This document shows positions 1 through 8,465 of a stretch of 29,537 bases of DNA, piece by piece. The translations under genes were made by a program, and so were the position numbers. This stretch comes from Candidatus Micrarchaeota archaeon. GTDB lineage: Archaea; Micrarchaeota; Micrarchaeia; Micrarchaeales; CABMGC01. Each line of letters starts with the position of its first letter. The first letter of the stretch is position 1. The notes below the pieces were generated by a model. The model did no database searches. It worked only from the letters and a program-made list of their open reading frames with translations, and was not told the origin of the DNA. The stretch is from NCBI GenBank assembly GCA_027319905.1, contig DAHVMJ010000011.1, positions 1 to 29,537 of the forward strand. Reading direction: 5' to 3'.

Positions 1-28
1 CCGGTAATTACAATACTAATTACATTCT

Positions 29-331
29 ATGTCCGTTACAACCGCGCCAAAGTCCCCGGTCACTTTTGGGGGTATAGAGAAAAGGATTCTCAACGAAGCC
101 CGCAACCTAGGGGCAGCGAACGCCATAAGCGAGAGGCTTGGCCAGGAACCTGAGGTCGGCAGGGGGCAGTTTCTTTCAACTGCCAAGAAGGAGCTTGGAA
201 GCGAGAATCTCTCACAGCAGGACCTAAATAACATACTTGTCGCTGTGGGGAGATCATACGACGATGGCGCGAGAGAGACCCACAAGGCAAACGCCATCCT
301 CTCCCGCCAGAGCCTCCACTCAGAAGACTGA
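29..331 (+). CDS. Hypothetical protein (100 aa)
   Basis: ATG-started ORF after an AT-rich stretch, with natural-looking soluble composition. It converges on the AAA gene without overlap. No motif recognised. Confidence 0.6.
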   Translation: MSVTTAPKSPVTFGGIEKRILNEARNLGAANAISERLGQEPEVGRGQFLSTAKKELGSENLSQQDLNNILVAVGRSYDDGARETHKANAILSRQSLHSED

Positions 332-362
332 GCCTACAGATAACGACATACGGCCTCTTTTG

Positions 363-1847
363 CTAGAACAGGTAGATCGCCCAGAACCTCATCAGCTTCT
401 TCACGAAGACATTAACCGGGTTGAGGTTCTTCTTTATGTCCTTTATCATCGGCTTGTAGCGCACCTTCTCCTCGGGGCTCAGCCTGCCCTCCTTTATGAC
501 CTCTTGCTTCTTGCCCTCGACTATCGAGGTCTCTGTCTTGCTTATAACGTCCTTCTTCACCATCCCATACCACTCATCGAGCGAACTGCCCGCGGCCTTT
601 ACTATCGCGATGAAGTCTCTCATGCCTATCGGCCTCTTCTTACCAGTCCTGTCCTCCTCGGCCGCCACCTTCAGCGCTGCCTTGTCGCATATCGCGAAGA
701 CGTCAGCACCTGAGAAGCCCCACGTTGCCCTGGCGAGCCTGCCGAAGTTCATGAATCTGGAGAGCGGCATCTTCCTTGTGTTGTACTTGAACATGTCCCT
801 CCTGTCCCTGTACTTCGGTGCCGGCAGATAGATGGACTCGCCGAATCTTCCGGGTCGTTTGAGCGCGGGATCCATGTCCCACGGCTGGTTGGTCGCGCCT
901 ATGACAAATATGCCCTCGGGGTTCTTCTCCACCCCATCCAGCTCTTGCAGGAACTGGTTAACGGCCATGCGCATGTTGCCCTGCTGCTCTCCCTCGCGCT
1001 TTGTTCCGAGCGCATCTATCTCGTCGGCGAAGACTATGCACGGCGCGTTCTTTCTCGCCTGCTCGAACACAGCGTGCAGGTTCTTCTCAGTATTGCCGGC
1101 GTACATGTCCACTATCTCGTTGATGTGCATGACTATGAACTTGGCCTTGGTCTCGCCCGCTATGGCTCTGACCAGCAGCGTCTTCCCGCCTCCCGGCGGC
1201 CCGTAGAAGATCACTCCAAGACCCAGCTTCTTGCCGTACGCCTGCAGCAGCTGCGGCTTCGTTATCGCGAGCACTATGTTGTCGTGTATCATCTGCTTCT
1301 GCTTCTCCAGGCCCACGACGTCCTTGAAGGTAAGGTCCGAGGTGAACCACGCCACCTTCTTGATCTGGCCCTCCTCCATGACGGTCTGCGTGCCATCCGC
1401 GCCTTCCGCCGCTTTAAGCTTGCCTCCTGGCATCGCGCCCTTGATTTTGTCCTTCAGCATCTTCAGCCTGTCCTTTGCCTGCTGGTAGTCGGGGTTGTTC
1501 TTGAGAGATTTCTCGTACCACTCCTGCGCTCCCTGCAGGTCCTGCTGGTACTCGCTTATAACGCCCATCACATACGGCGCGTCAGGGGCATTAGGCTCGA
1601 GCTCCATCACCTTCATCGCATCGTTCGTCGCTTTCTCGTACTGGCTCTGCAGCGCGTAGGAGAGCGCGCGGTTGAAGTAGGCGCTCGAATAATCACTATA
1701 CTTCTCTATCGCCTGCGAGTAGAGAGCCACCGCTTCGTCGAACTTATTCTCCTCAAAAACCTTGCCCGCCTGGTCGTAGATCTCCTTCGCCTCTGGTGGA
1801 GGAGTGTTGACAGGCTTTGCCTCGCCCTTTCCCTTTCCGGTAGCCAT
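363..1847 (-). CDS. TPR-repeat + AAA+ ATPase (Cdc48/Vps4-like single AAA module)
   Basis: N-terminal TPR helices (YSSAYFNRALSY, APDAPYVMGVI). Walker A GPPGGGKT, Walker B IVFADEID, second region of homology ATNQPWDMDPALKRPGRF, lid motif GFSGADV. Confidence 0.9.
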   Translation of the reverse strand: MATGKGKGEAKPVNTPPPEAKEIYDQAGKVFEENKFDEAVALYSQAIEKYSDYSSAYFNRALSYALQSQYEKATNDAMKVMELEPNAPDAPYVMGVISEYQQDLQGAQEWYEKSLKNNPDYQQAKDRLKMLKDKIKGAMPGGKLKAAEGADGTQTVMEEGQIKKVAWFTSDLTFKDVVGLEKQKQMIHDNIVLAITKPQLLQAYGKKLGLGVIFYGPPGGGKTLLVRAIAGETKAKFIVMHINEIVDMYAGNTEKNLHAVFEQARKNAPCIVFADEIDALGTKREGEQQGNMRMAVNQFLQELDGVEKNPEGIFVIGATNQPWDMDPALKRPGRFGESIYLPAPKYRDRRDMFKYNTRKMPLSRFMNFGRLARATWGFSGADVFAICDKAALKVAAEEDRTGKKRPIGMRDFIAIVKAAGSSLDEWYGMVKKDVISKTETSIVEGKKQEVIKEGRLSPEEKVRYKPMIKDIKKNLNPVNVFVKKLMRFWAIYLF

Positions 1848-1889
1848 GAATCTGACCCATTTACCAATTACCGTTGGGTTTCACTATAT

Positions 1890-2315
1890 TTATACTTTCT
1901 CCTGCCCTGCAGCTTTGTCGTCAAGAAACCTGTTCAGTTCCATGTCGACCATGCTTATGTACCTGTTCTCCCTTGGCACGTTCAGCAGCTCGCGCTTCTT
2001 GAAAGCGTCAAGCAGCTTCCTCGCCGCTGTGTTGAGCGCGCGGAGCCTCCTGTCCTTCGTCTTGTAGTTTCCAGCAAGTTGGTTTATCACTAGTTTGCTG
2101 TCAGAGACGAGCGTGACCTCGCTTCCTCCGATGCCGAGCGATTTCTTCAGCGCAACTATTACCGCATTGTACTCTGCAACGTTGTTTGTGCATACGCCGT
2201 TGTAGAACACGTGCTTCTGGAGGAGCTTACGAGTCTGGTCGAGTATCAGGTAGCCTGACGCGCTCTCTCCCGGGTTGCCTCGCGACGCGCCATCTGTGTA
2301 AACATACAGTTTCAT
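1890..2315 (-). CDS. rnhA: Ribonuclease HI
   Basis: YTDGASRGNPG, TNNVAEY, SDSKLV and VPREN motifs typical of archaeal/actinobacterial-type RNase HI. Confidence 0.92.
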   Translation of the reverse strand: MKLYVYTDGASRGNPGESASGYLILDQTRKLLQKHVFYNGVCTNNVAEYNAVIVALKKSLGIGGSEVTLVSDSKLVINQLAGNYKTKDRRLRALNTAARKLLDAFKKRELLNVPRENRYISMVDMELNRFLDDKAAGQEKV

Positions 2316-2372
2316 CAGAGCCTATTCGAACGTTAAATATTTAAGCGGCGAAAGGAATGCTAACGTGATTCG

Positions 2373-3239
2373 ATGCTGCGGCTCCAGAGCGCGATGGAGT
2401 ACCTCATGACCTACGGCTGGGCTATACTGATAATCGCAGTCGTGCTTGGAGCGCTCTTTCAGCTCGGCGTCTTCAATGCGGGCACGTTTGCGCCTCGCGC
2501 GCCGCCAGGCGCATGTCAGGTCTTCAGGCCGAACGGGCCGATGTCCACGTCTTTAATCAACCTTGAGGGCGTGTGCAGCGGCGAGCTGCCGCAGTATGTA
2601 GTAAATGCTGGTAGTGGAGGTGAGATATCAACAGGCCAAGTTGTGTTGCCATCAAATACGTTTACCGTTGTATTTTGGACTAACTGGAAAGGTTATACTG
2701 GAAATGGCTATAACAATTTTGTTCAACAAACTGACGGAGCTAGCGACGGTTCAGGATTTCTCATAGACGCCTGCGGCGCAGCGAATAATTTAAGAGTTGA
2801 TATAAACCAGGGCTCGGGCAATGGAAGGTCAGAGCAGGCGATGTGTTATGGTGTCTCATTGAATACTTGGTTTTATGCGGCGATATCATCCAATGGTGCT
2901 ACCGGAGTTACAACTTTGTATATAAACGGTCAGCAGATAAACACTATCAATAACGCCGATACTCCCAGCGGAACTTTCGATATATGTGGTGGAGCCTATG
3001 GTCCGTCTACAAATGGTGAAATGGCTAATGTGCAAGCCTACAATACCTCCCTCTCGGCTCCAGAAATCAACGCACTCTACCTCGAAGGCATCGGCGGCGC
3101 GCCGATAAAACTCCAGAACCTCATAGGCTGGTGGCCGCTCAACGGCAATGCCAACGACTATAGCGGAAATAACAACAACGGAGTGCCCAGCAGCGTTACC
3201 TATACGAATCAGTGGACAAGCGGTTACACTCCTCCTTAG
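2373..3239 (+). CDS. Class III signal peptide (pilin-like) LamG/concanavalin-like surface protein, paralogue 1
   Basis: RL|QSAMEYLMTYGWAILIIAVV leader (Q+1, E+5, hydrophobic helix). LamG-like motifs FTVVFW, TWFYAAI, LYINGQ, YNTSLSAPEINALY, LIGWWPLNGNANDYSGN. Confidence 0.88.
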   Translation: MLRLQSAMEYLMTYGWAILIIAVVLGALFQLGVFNAGTFAPRAPPGACQVFRPNGPMSTSLINLEGVCSGELPQYVVNAGSGGEISTGQVVLPSNTFTVVFWTNWKGYTGNGYNNFVQQTDGASDGSGFLIDACGAANNLRVDINQGSGNGRSEQAMCYGVSLNTWFYAAISSNGATGVTTLYINGQQINTINNADTPSGTFDICGGAYGPSTNGEMANVQAYNTSLSAPEINALYLEGIGGAPIKLQNLIGWWPLNGNANDYSGNNNNGVPSSVTYTNQWTSGYTPP

Positions 3240-3241
3240 GT

Positions 3242-3988
3242 TCACCTGGCCTTTTTGAGTTCGCCCACCTTTCCGAAATCGAGTATCTCTCCCTCTCCCA
3301 AGCACAACGCGCGCATCGTGTCCACATCTAGAGTTCCTTTGAATATCGGGGCCATGGCACCCAGGGTCTCCTGGTTCACGTCCACCCCCTCAGCAAAATA
3401 GTTCATGGCAGGCAGCACCACTATCCGTCTCCCGTCTGCAAGCTGTCCGTAAAGGAAGCATTTGATCTTCTCCTTGACTCCGACCGTGTTGTAAACCGCT
3501 ATGGCCGGATGCAGGTGCCCCATTACGAGGGTCTTTCCTTTTGCGCCGCTCGGCAGCTCCTCGCCGTGGAAGAACAGGTAGTCGCCCAGCAACGCCTCCT
3601 GCGCGTAGATGTCGAATCCCAGCGCCGCCCTGAACCTGTCGATGAAGTTGTCGTGGTTTCCCTTTATCAGGCTCACCCTCTCTATCTTCAGCTCGCCCCT
3701 GAGGAATCGCATAAACTCCCTGAACTCATTGAACTCCTCAACGTGCACGTCTGCAAACTCGTTCTTTATGTCGCCAACAACTATCACGTTCTTTGGCCCG
3801 TACTTTTTTGCCGCAAGCGCCAGAGTCTCTTTTATCCTTCTGAGGTTCAGTTTCGGCACGAAGCTCCCTCTGTTTGCCATCACGCCTTCGTACCCGAGGT
3901 GGAGATCCGAGCAGACAAGCGCGTCCAGCGACTTTATGTAGAGTACGGGCAAACCGTCCGCAAGCTCGATGTCGCTCGTCAGCTTCAT
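3242..3988 (-). CDS. Metallophosphoesterase (Lhr-associated MPE/calcineurin-like nuclease)
   Basis: SDLHLG, VGDIK, KGNHD, FHG and GHLHP motifs. ATG at 3988 overlaps the Lhr stop (TGATG). Confidence 0.9.
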   Translation of the reverse strand: MKLTSDIELADGLPVLYIKSLDALVCSDLHLGYEGVMANRGSFVPKLNLRRIKETLALAAKKYGPKNVIVVGDIKNEFADVHVEEFNEFREFMRFLRGELKIERVSLIKGNHDNFIDRFRAALGFDIYAQEALLGDYLFFHGEELPSGAKGKTLVMGHLHPAIAVYNTVGVKEKIKCFLYGQLADGRRIVVLPAMNYFAEGVDVNQETLGAMAPIFKGTLDVDTMRALCLGEGEILDFGKVGELKKAR

Positions 3989-6651
3989 CACTCGTACCTC
4001 TTTCCTATCTGCAGCATCACGTGCTTGTGCAGCTCGCGAAGATGCCTGCGCCTGTCCTTCATCATAACCACGTCAGCTTCGCCGAACGTTACCATCACAT
4101 GCGAGAATGGCGAGGGAAATGGCGTCTCTATTATCTCATATCCTATCTCTCCTTTGTCTATCCTGCTCATTATCTCCCTCGCGCGCGGCAGGTCCATCAC
4201 GTCCTCCATTATCTCCCTGTACGTCTCCTTCAGCACCGGAAAGTCTGGGCTTATCTCCTCAGCCGCTCTCATGACAAGCTCGGAATTGATCTGCTGCCTC
4301 TTGACGCTTATCTGCCTGCCCTTGTAGTTCCTGAGGACCATGAACGCCCTCACGGCAGCGTGCCTGAACCTGCGTTTCATCATCTCAGTGCGCCGTATGT
4401 TGCCCTTTATGATGCGCACGGCATCGCCCTTCACCACGTTTGATACGAGCTTGGAGATGTCCTCCCTGCCCATCTTAAGCGCAGCGTCAGTGACTATGAC
4501 GAAGCCGTTGTCGTTTATCATTATGCCCACATCCGTCTCGAACATGTCGCTCGCCTCGATGGCGAAAAGCCTGGAGAGCGCGTCGTTGATGCGCCTGCCG
4601 TAGAGGCTGTGGAATATTAGATAACTTCTCTCCCCTTTCTCGTCCTTAGTCTTCTCTATCAGCATCAACTTGTCGTTCGGCACGTGCTTTGCAAAGAGGA
4701 GCTGCTCCGCAAAATACGAGGCTACGGAGCGCTTCGTGTTCTTGTCCATTGGCATAGAGTCAAGCATCTCCTCTACAGCCTTCCCTCCCGTAAACTTGTG
4801 TTTCTTCAGCTTCGCGGCGATGCCCTTCGCTCCGCGCAGCTCCTTGCCTACAGCCTCGGCAAGATTGCGCCTGAACCTGCCGATGTCGAGCGCGAGCTCG
4901 TAAGTTAGCGGCAGCTGCTCCGAGAACCACGGGGGTATTGTCGGAATCTTTGTCTCGGCCCTTGTTACATATGCCTTCATCTCCCTGCTGTGGTCGAACC
5001 TGTAGAGCCTGCCTCCGAGCACGAAGATGTCGCCGGGCTTGAGCCTTGACAGGAACTCCTCCTGTATGCTGCCTATCCATACGTTGTGCTCGCCGTACAC
5101 GTTGACCGATACCTCATCGGGTATGGTGCCTATGTTCAGGAAGTAGATCAGCTTCGTCAGTCTCCCGCGCCTGCCTATCACGCCCTCGTTCGCGTCGTAC
5201 CATATCTTCGCGTAGACGCGCCTGCTTTCAAGGCCCACATAGCTCCCAGAGAGATACTCTATGAGCATCATGAAGTCCTTCTTGTCCAGCGCGTGATACG
5301 AGTAAGCTCTCCTGACCAGCGCGTACGCATCGTCGACCTTCCACTTCTTAGTGAGCGCCATGCCCACTATGTGCTGTGCGAGCACGTCAAGTGCGTTCCT
5401 GGGTATGGTGAACGAGTCGAGGCGCCGCTTCTTCGCGGAGTCGAGCATGACAGCGCACTCCACCAGGTCATCGCGGTTTATCGCGACTATCTCGCCCTTC
5501 GCGATGTCCGAGAACCTGTGTCCGCTCCTTCCTATTCGCTGTATCGCTCTGGTCACGCTCTTCGGGGAGCCAAGCTGCACGACGTTGTCTATAGAGCCTA
5601 TATCTATCCCGAGCTCCAGGCTTGTCGATGACACGACGCACTTGAGCTTGCCTTTCTTCAGCATCTCCTCCACGCCGAGCCGCATCTCCCTTGAGAGCGA
5701 GCCATGGTGGGCAGCAATGTGCTCTTCGCCGTACTTGAAACGCCGCATCAGGTTGTAGATTACGCGCTCGGTGCCGCTTCGCGTGTTGGTGAATATGAGC
5801 GTGGTCTTGTTCTTCTTGATTATCTCGTTTAGCGTCTTGTATATGCTCTCGTCTATCTTCTTGTCGCTCGCGTTGACTATGTCGCTGACCGGGCACATGG
5901 TCGTGTAGTCCATCTTCTTGTCCCATGTGGCGTCTATTATGTAGCAATCCCTCTCCTTGCCGTCGTCACCGTAGCCCACGAGGAAACCCGCCGCTGTCTC
6001 GAGCGGATGGAGCGTTGCTCCCAGACCGACCCTGGTGAAGTCCGAGCCCACGAGGTCAGCCAGTCGCTCGAGCGAGAGCGATAGATGGACGCCGCGCTTG
6101 TTGTTCGCGAGCTCGTGTATCTCATCTATGACCACGTACCTCACGCTCTTCAGGTTCTCGGAGAACTTCTGCGCGTTCAGCAGTATCGCAAGGCTCTCCG
6201 GAGTGGTGACCAGTATGTTCGGCGGTTTCCTGAGCATTCGCTGCCTCTCCTGTTGCGGCGTGTCTCCGGTGCGTATAGCCACGCTTATCCTCTTCACGCT
6301 CTCGCCCAGCTTCTTGTAAATCTCATCAAGCGGTTCGTTCAGGTTGCGGTAGATGTCGTTGTTCAGCGCGCGCAGCGGCGATATGTAAACGCAGTATATC
6401 TTGTCCTCAAGCGTTCCCGCCTCCGCCATGTCCATGAGGTCGCTGAGTATTGTCATGAATGCGGAGAAGGTCTTCCCGCTGCCAGTGGGGGCCGTTATGA
6501 GCAGGTTCCTCTTTTCCCTGACCAGCCTGAATGAGTAGAGCTGCGGCGGCGTTGGATCCTTGTATCTCTTCTCGAACCAGTCACGCACGTAGAAATTGAG
6601 CGCGCGCAGACTCTCCTCTCTGCTAAATGGTTTGTTGTAATGCTCTATCAT
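3988..6651 (-). CDS. lhr: Lhr-family ATP-dependent helicase
   Basis: APTGSGKT, SPLRALNND, TTPESL, DEIH, HHGSLS, SLELGIDIG, QRIGRSGH, IPxWFSE and C-terminal PSPF motifs; 887 aa. Confidence 0.95.
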   Translation of the reverse strand: MIEHYNKPFSREESLRALNFYVRDWFEKRYKDPTPPQLYSFRLVREKRNLLITAPTGSGKTFSAFMTILSDLMDMAEAGTLEDKIYCVYISPLRALNNDIYRNLNEPLDEIYKKLGESVKRISVAIRTGDTPQQERQRMLRKPPNILVTTPESLAILLNAQKFSENLKSVRYVVIDEIHELANNKRGVHLSLSLERLADLVGSDFTRVGLGATLHPLETAAGFLVGYGDDGKERDCYIIDATWDKKMDYTTMCPVSDIVNASDKKIDESIYKTLNEIIKKNKTTLIFTNTRSGTERVIYNLMRRFKYGEEHIAAHHGSLSREMRLGVEEMLKKGKLKCVVSSTSLELGIDIGSIDNVVQLGSPKSVTRAIQRIGRSGHRFSDIAKGEIVAINRDDLVECAVMLDSAKKRRLDSFTIPRNALDVLAQHIVGMALTKKWKVDDAYALVRRAYSYHALDKKDFMMLIEYLSGSYVGLESRRVYAKIWYDANEGVIGRRGRLTKLIYFLNIGTIPDEVSVNVYGEHNVWIGSIQEEFLSRLKPGDIFVLGGRLYRFDHSREMKAYVTRAETKIPTIPPWFSEQLPLTYELALDIGRFRRNLAEAVGKELRGAKGIAAKLKKHKFTGGKAVEEMLDSMPMDKNTKRSVASYFAEQLLFAKHVPNDKLMLIEKTKDEKGERSYLIFHSLYGRRINDALSRLFAIEASDMFETDVGIMINDNGFVIVTDAALKMGREDISKLVSNVVKGDAVRIIKGNIRRTEMMKRRFRHAAVRAFMVLRNYKGRQISVKRQQINSELVMRAAEEISPDFPVLKETYREIMEDVMDLPRAREIMSRIDKGEIGYEIIETPFPSPFSHVMVTFGEADVVMMKDRRRHLRELHKHVMLQIGKRYE

Positions 6652-6663
6652 TCAACCAGCAAA

Positions 6664-6813
6664 TCAGCCGCCCCTCACGGTTCTCCTTGCCTCTATCGAT
6701 TGTCTGGCTACGGCAAGGTTGCAACTCCTGTGTCTCGAGCACCACGCGTAGCACTTATCGGCTAGCACCTTCTCTTCATAGTGCAATCCACAGATGTTGC
6801 ACGAGTATACCAA
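6664..6813 (-). CDS. Small zinc-finger protein (49 aa), not in the ORF track
   Basis: Hand translation from TTG at 6813: MVYSCNICGLHYEEKVLADKCYAWCSRHRSCNLAVARQSIEARRTVRGG*. AGGTGA Shine-Dalgarno 6 nt upstream. Stop lies 12 nt before the lhr ATG. Confidence 0.8.
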   Translation of the reverse strand: MVYSCNICGLHYEEKVLADKCYAWCSRHRSCNLAVARQSIEARRTVRGG

Positions 6814-6829
6814 GAGCAATCACCTTAAA

Positions 6830-6853
6830 GGAGCAGCATTTAAATATTGCTCC
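6830..6853. promoter_or_regulatory. Imperfect 24-bp palindrome centred on a TATA-like ATTTAAAT in a divergent promoter
   Basis: GGAGCA-GC-ATTTAAAT-AT-TGCTCC; 20 of 24 positions are self-complementary. Confidence 0.5.
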
Positions 6854-6876
6854 CATAAATACTTAATCCCGATTCC

Positions 6877-7170
6877 ATGGCGAAGAGATCGGCTCGTTCT
6901 GCGAGCAACAAGAGACTCGAGGCGCTGATAAGGGCGCAGAAGATGAGCGAGCTTCTGAAGATAGGAGGCATGCAGAGCCAGGCGCTTCTCGACAGCGCAG
7001 GCGAGAGCAGGCCGACTGACGAGTCGCACGTTGTAGAGCTTCTCGAGTCAGAAAAGTACACTCGCTCCGAAATCAGACCAGGCGGAAGGCGCACCATGGC
7101 AAGGAAAGCGAGGAAGACTCAGCCCAGGCGCTCTGCAAAGAGTGCTTCAAAGAAAAAGCGCAGAAGGTAA
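6877..7170 (+). CDS. Small hypothetical protein with Lys/Arg-rich C-terminal tail
   Basis: ATG about 30 nt after the TATA-like element. Fills the gap up to the convergent gene. Tail ARKARKTQPRRSAKSASKKKRRR. Confidence 0.7.
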   Translation: MAKRSARSASNKRLEALIRAQKMSELLKIGGMQSQALLDSAGESRPTDESHVVELLESEKYTRSEIRPGGRRTMARKARKTQPRRSAKSASKKKRRR

Positions 7171-7176
7171 ATCTAG

Positions 7177-8376
7177 CTATTCCTCCTTCTCGGCCCTCTT
7201 CCCGACAGAGAGCTTGACCCCGTTCGTGTCTCTCGTTATCGTTATGTCGAGATTCTCGCTGCCAAGCATGCGCCTCAGCTCCTCGTACGTGTACGAGCCT
7301 ATCTGATCCTTCCTCTTCTCCTTGATTACCTCAGCCCTTCTTGCCGCAAGCGCCTCACGCTTTATCTCATTATAGCCGAGCGCAAGCGTCGTGTTCTGCA
7401 CCGCGTAGATGTCCTCTATGCCCTTCTCTATCGGCTTGTAGCCCTCGCTCTGGTAGATGAAAGGCAGCACAGCCTGGAACTCGGACTTTATGCTCTCAAC
7501 CATCCTGTCCACGTTCTTCTTGCTTCCGGCTATGACGAAGTCGTCGCCGTTAAGGAAGCCCACGAATGCACTGCCTTCCGCCTCCTTACTCTTCACCTTG
7601 TCCTGCAGCAACTGCGAGACAAGCCTCAAGATCGTTATGCCTGCATCGTTGCCGAACTTGCTCGCGAAACTTGCCAGGCCATCCACGCGAAGCCTTCCCA
7701 TCTCATAGTCGGATTCCGACTCCTTAAGCACCTTCTCCACGCTGTCGCTTATCCTGTCCTCGTTTGGCAGGTCGATGAGCGGGTCGAACTTCTTGCCCTT
7801 CTTCTTCAGGAATATGGTCACGAGGCTGCGGAGCTCGTCTGGGTCGAACGGCTTCTTGATGTAGTAGTCTGCTCCGTACTTTATGCCCTTGAACCTGTTC
7901 GTAGTGGCATCGAGGGCGCTCACTATTATGACCGTTATGTCCCTGAGCAGCTGATCCTTCTTTATTGTCTCGCATATCTCGAGGCCGTCCATGCCGGGCA
8001 GCATGAGGTCTAGGACGACGAGATCCGGCTTCTGATACTTTATCTTCTGGATGGCCTCCCTTCCGTCAAAGAGCTGGGTTATATCGTAGCCAGAACCAAG
8101 CGATAGCGTCATCAGCTTGTTTATGTTCTGGTCGTCTTCTATCACGAAGACGCGCTTTATGCGCTGCGGCTCTTGGAGCATGTAGTACGTAGGTATGCCG
8201 CCGCTGCTCCTTGTCGCTATCGCTGTTGCTTTCACAAGCTCAGCGAGCGCGCGCTTGAGCGTATCAGCGTCTATCTCAAGAGACGAGGCGTAGTCCCTAA
8301 GCTCGTTGTACGTGAGCTCCTGCTTGTCGTTGATCAGCGACATTATGTCTGATTCGACATCCTCGATGCCCTTCAC
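7177..8376 (-). CDS. Response regulator: wHTH-like + REC + degenerate GGDEF-like domain
   Basis: REC motifs VIEDD, PDLVVLDLMLPGMDG, IIVSA, GADYYIKKPF. Downstream DPLIDLPN...FVGFLNGDDFVI resembles GGDEF. N-terminal helical segment ends in a wing-like TYY. Confidence 0.85.
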   Translation of the reverse strand: MKGIEDVESDIMSLINDKQELTYNELRDYASSLEIDADTLKRALAELVKATAIATRSSGGIPTYYMLQEPQRIKRVFVIEDDQNINKLMTLSLGSGYDITQLFDGREAIQKIKYQKPDLVVLDLMLPGMDGLEICETIKKDQLLRDITVIIVSALDATTNRFKGIKYGADYYIKKPFDPDELRSLVTIFLKKKGKKFDPLIDLPNEDRISDSVEKVLKESESDYEMGRLRVDGLASFASKFGNDAGITILRLVSQLLQDKVKSKEAEGSAFVGFLNGDDFVIAGSKKNVDRMVESIKSEFQAVLPFIYQSEGYKPIEKGIEDIYAVQNTTLALGYNEIKREALAARRAEVIKEKRKDQIGSYTYEELRRMLGSENLDITITRDTNGVKLSVGKRAEKEE

Positions 8377-8465
8377 TTAATTCACTGGTCGCAGCGAGAG
8401 TAATGGGCAACGAAAGTATATTATTGTTTGTTGTCGAAACCGTACAATGCAGGAGCTGTGGTCAC

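Noticed and set aside
363..380. HbYX proteasome-docking motif at the AAA C-terminus
   Set aside because: The protein ends IYLF, so Tyr is third from last rather than penultimate.
945..2093. 382-aa plus-strand ORF
   Set aside because: Antisense shadow of the AAA ATPase and rnhA genes, with no motifs and an implausible composition.
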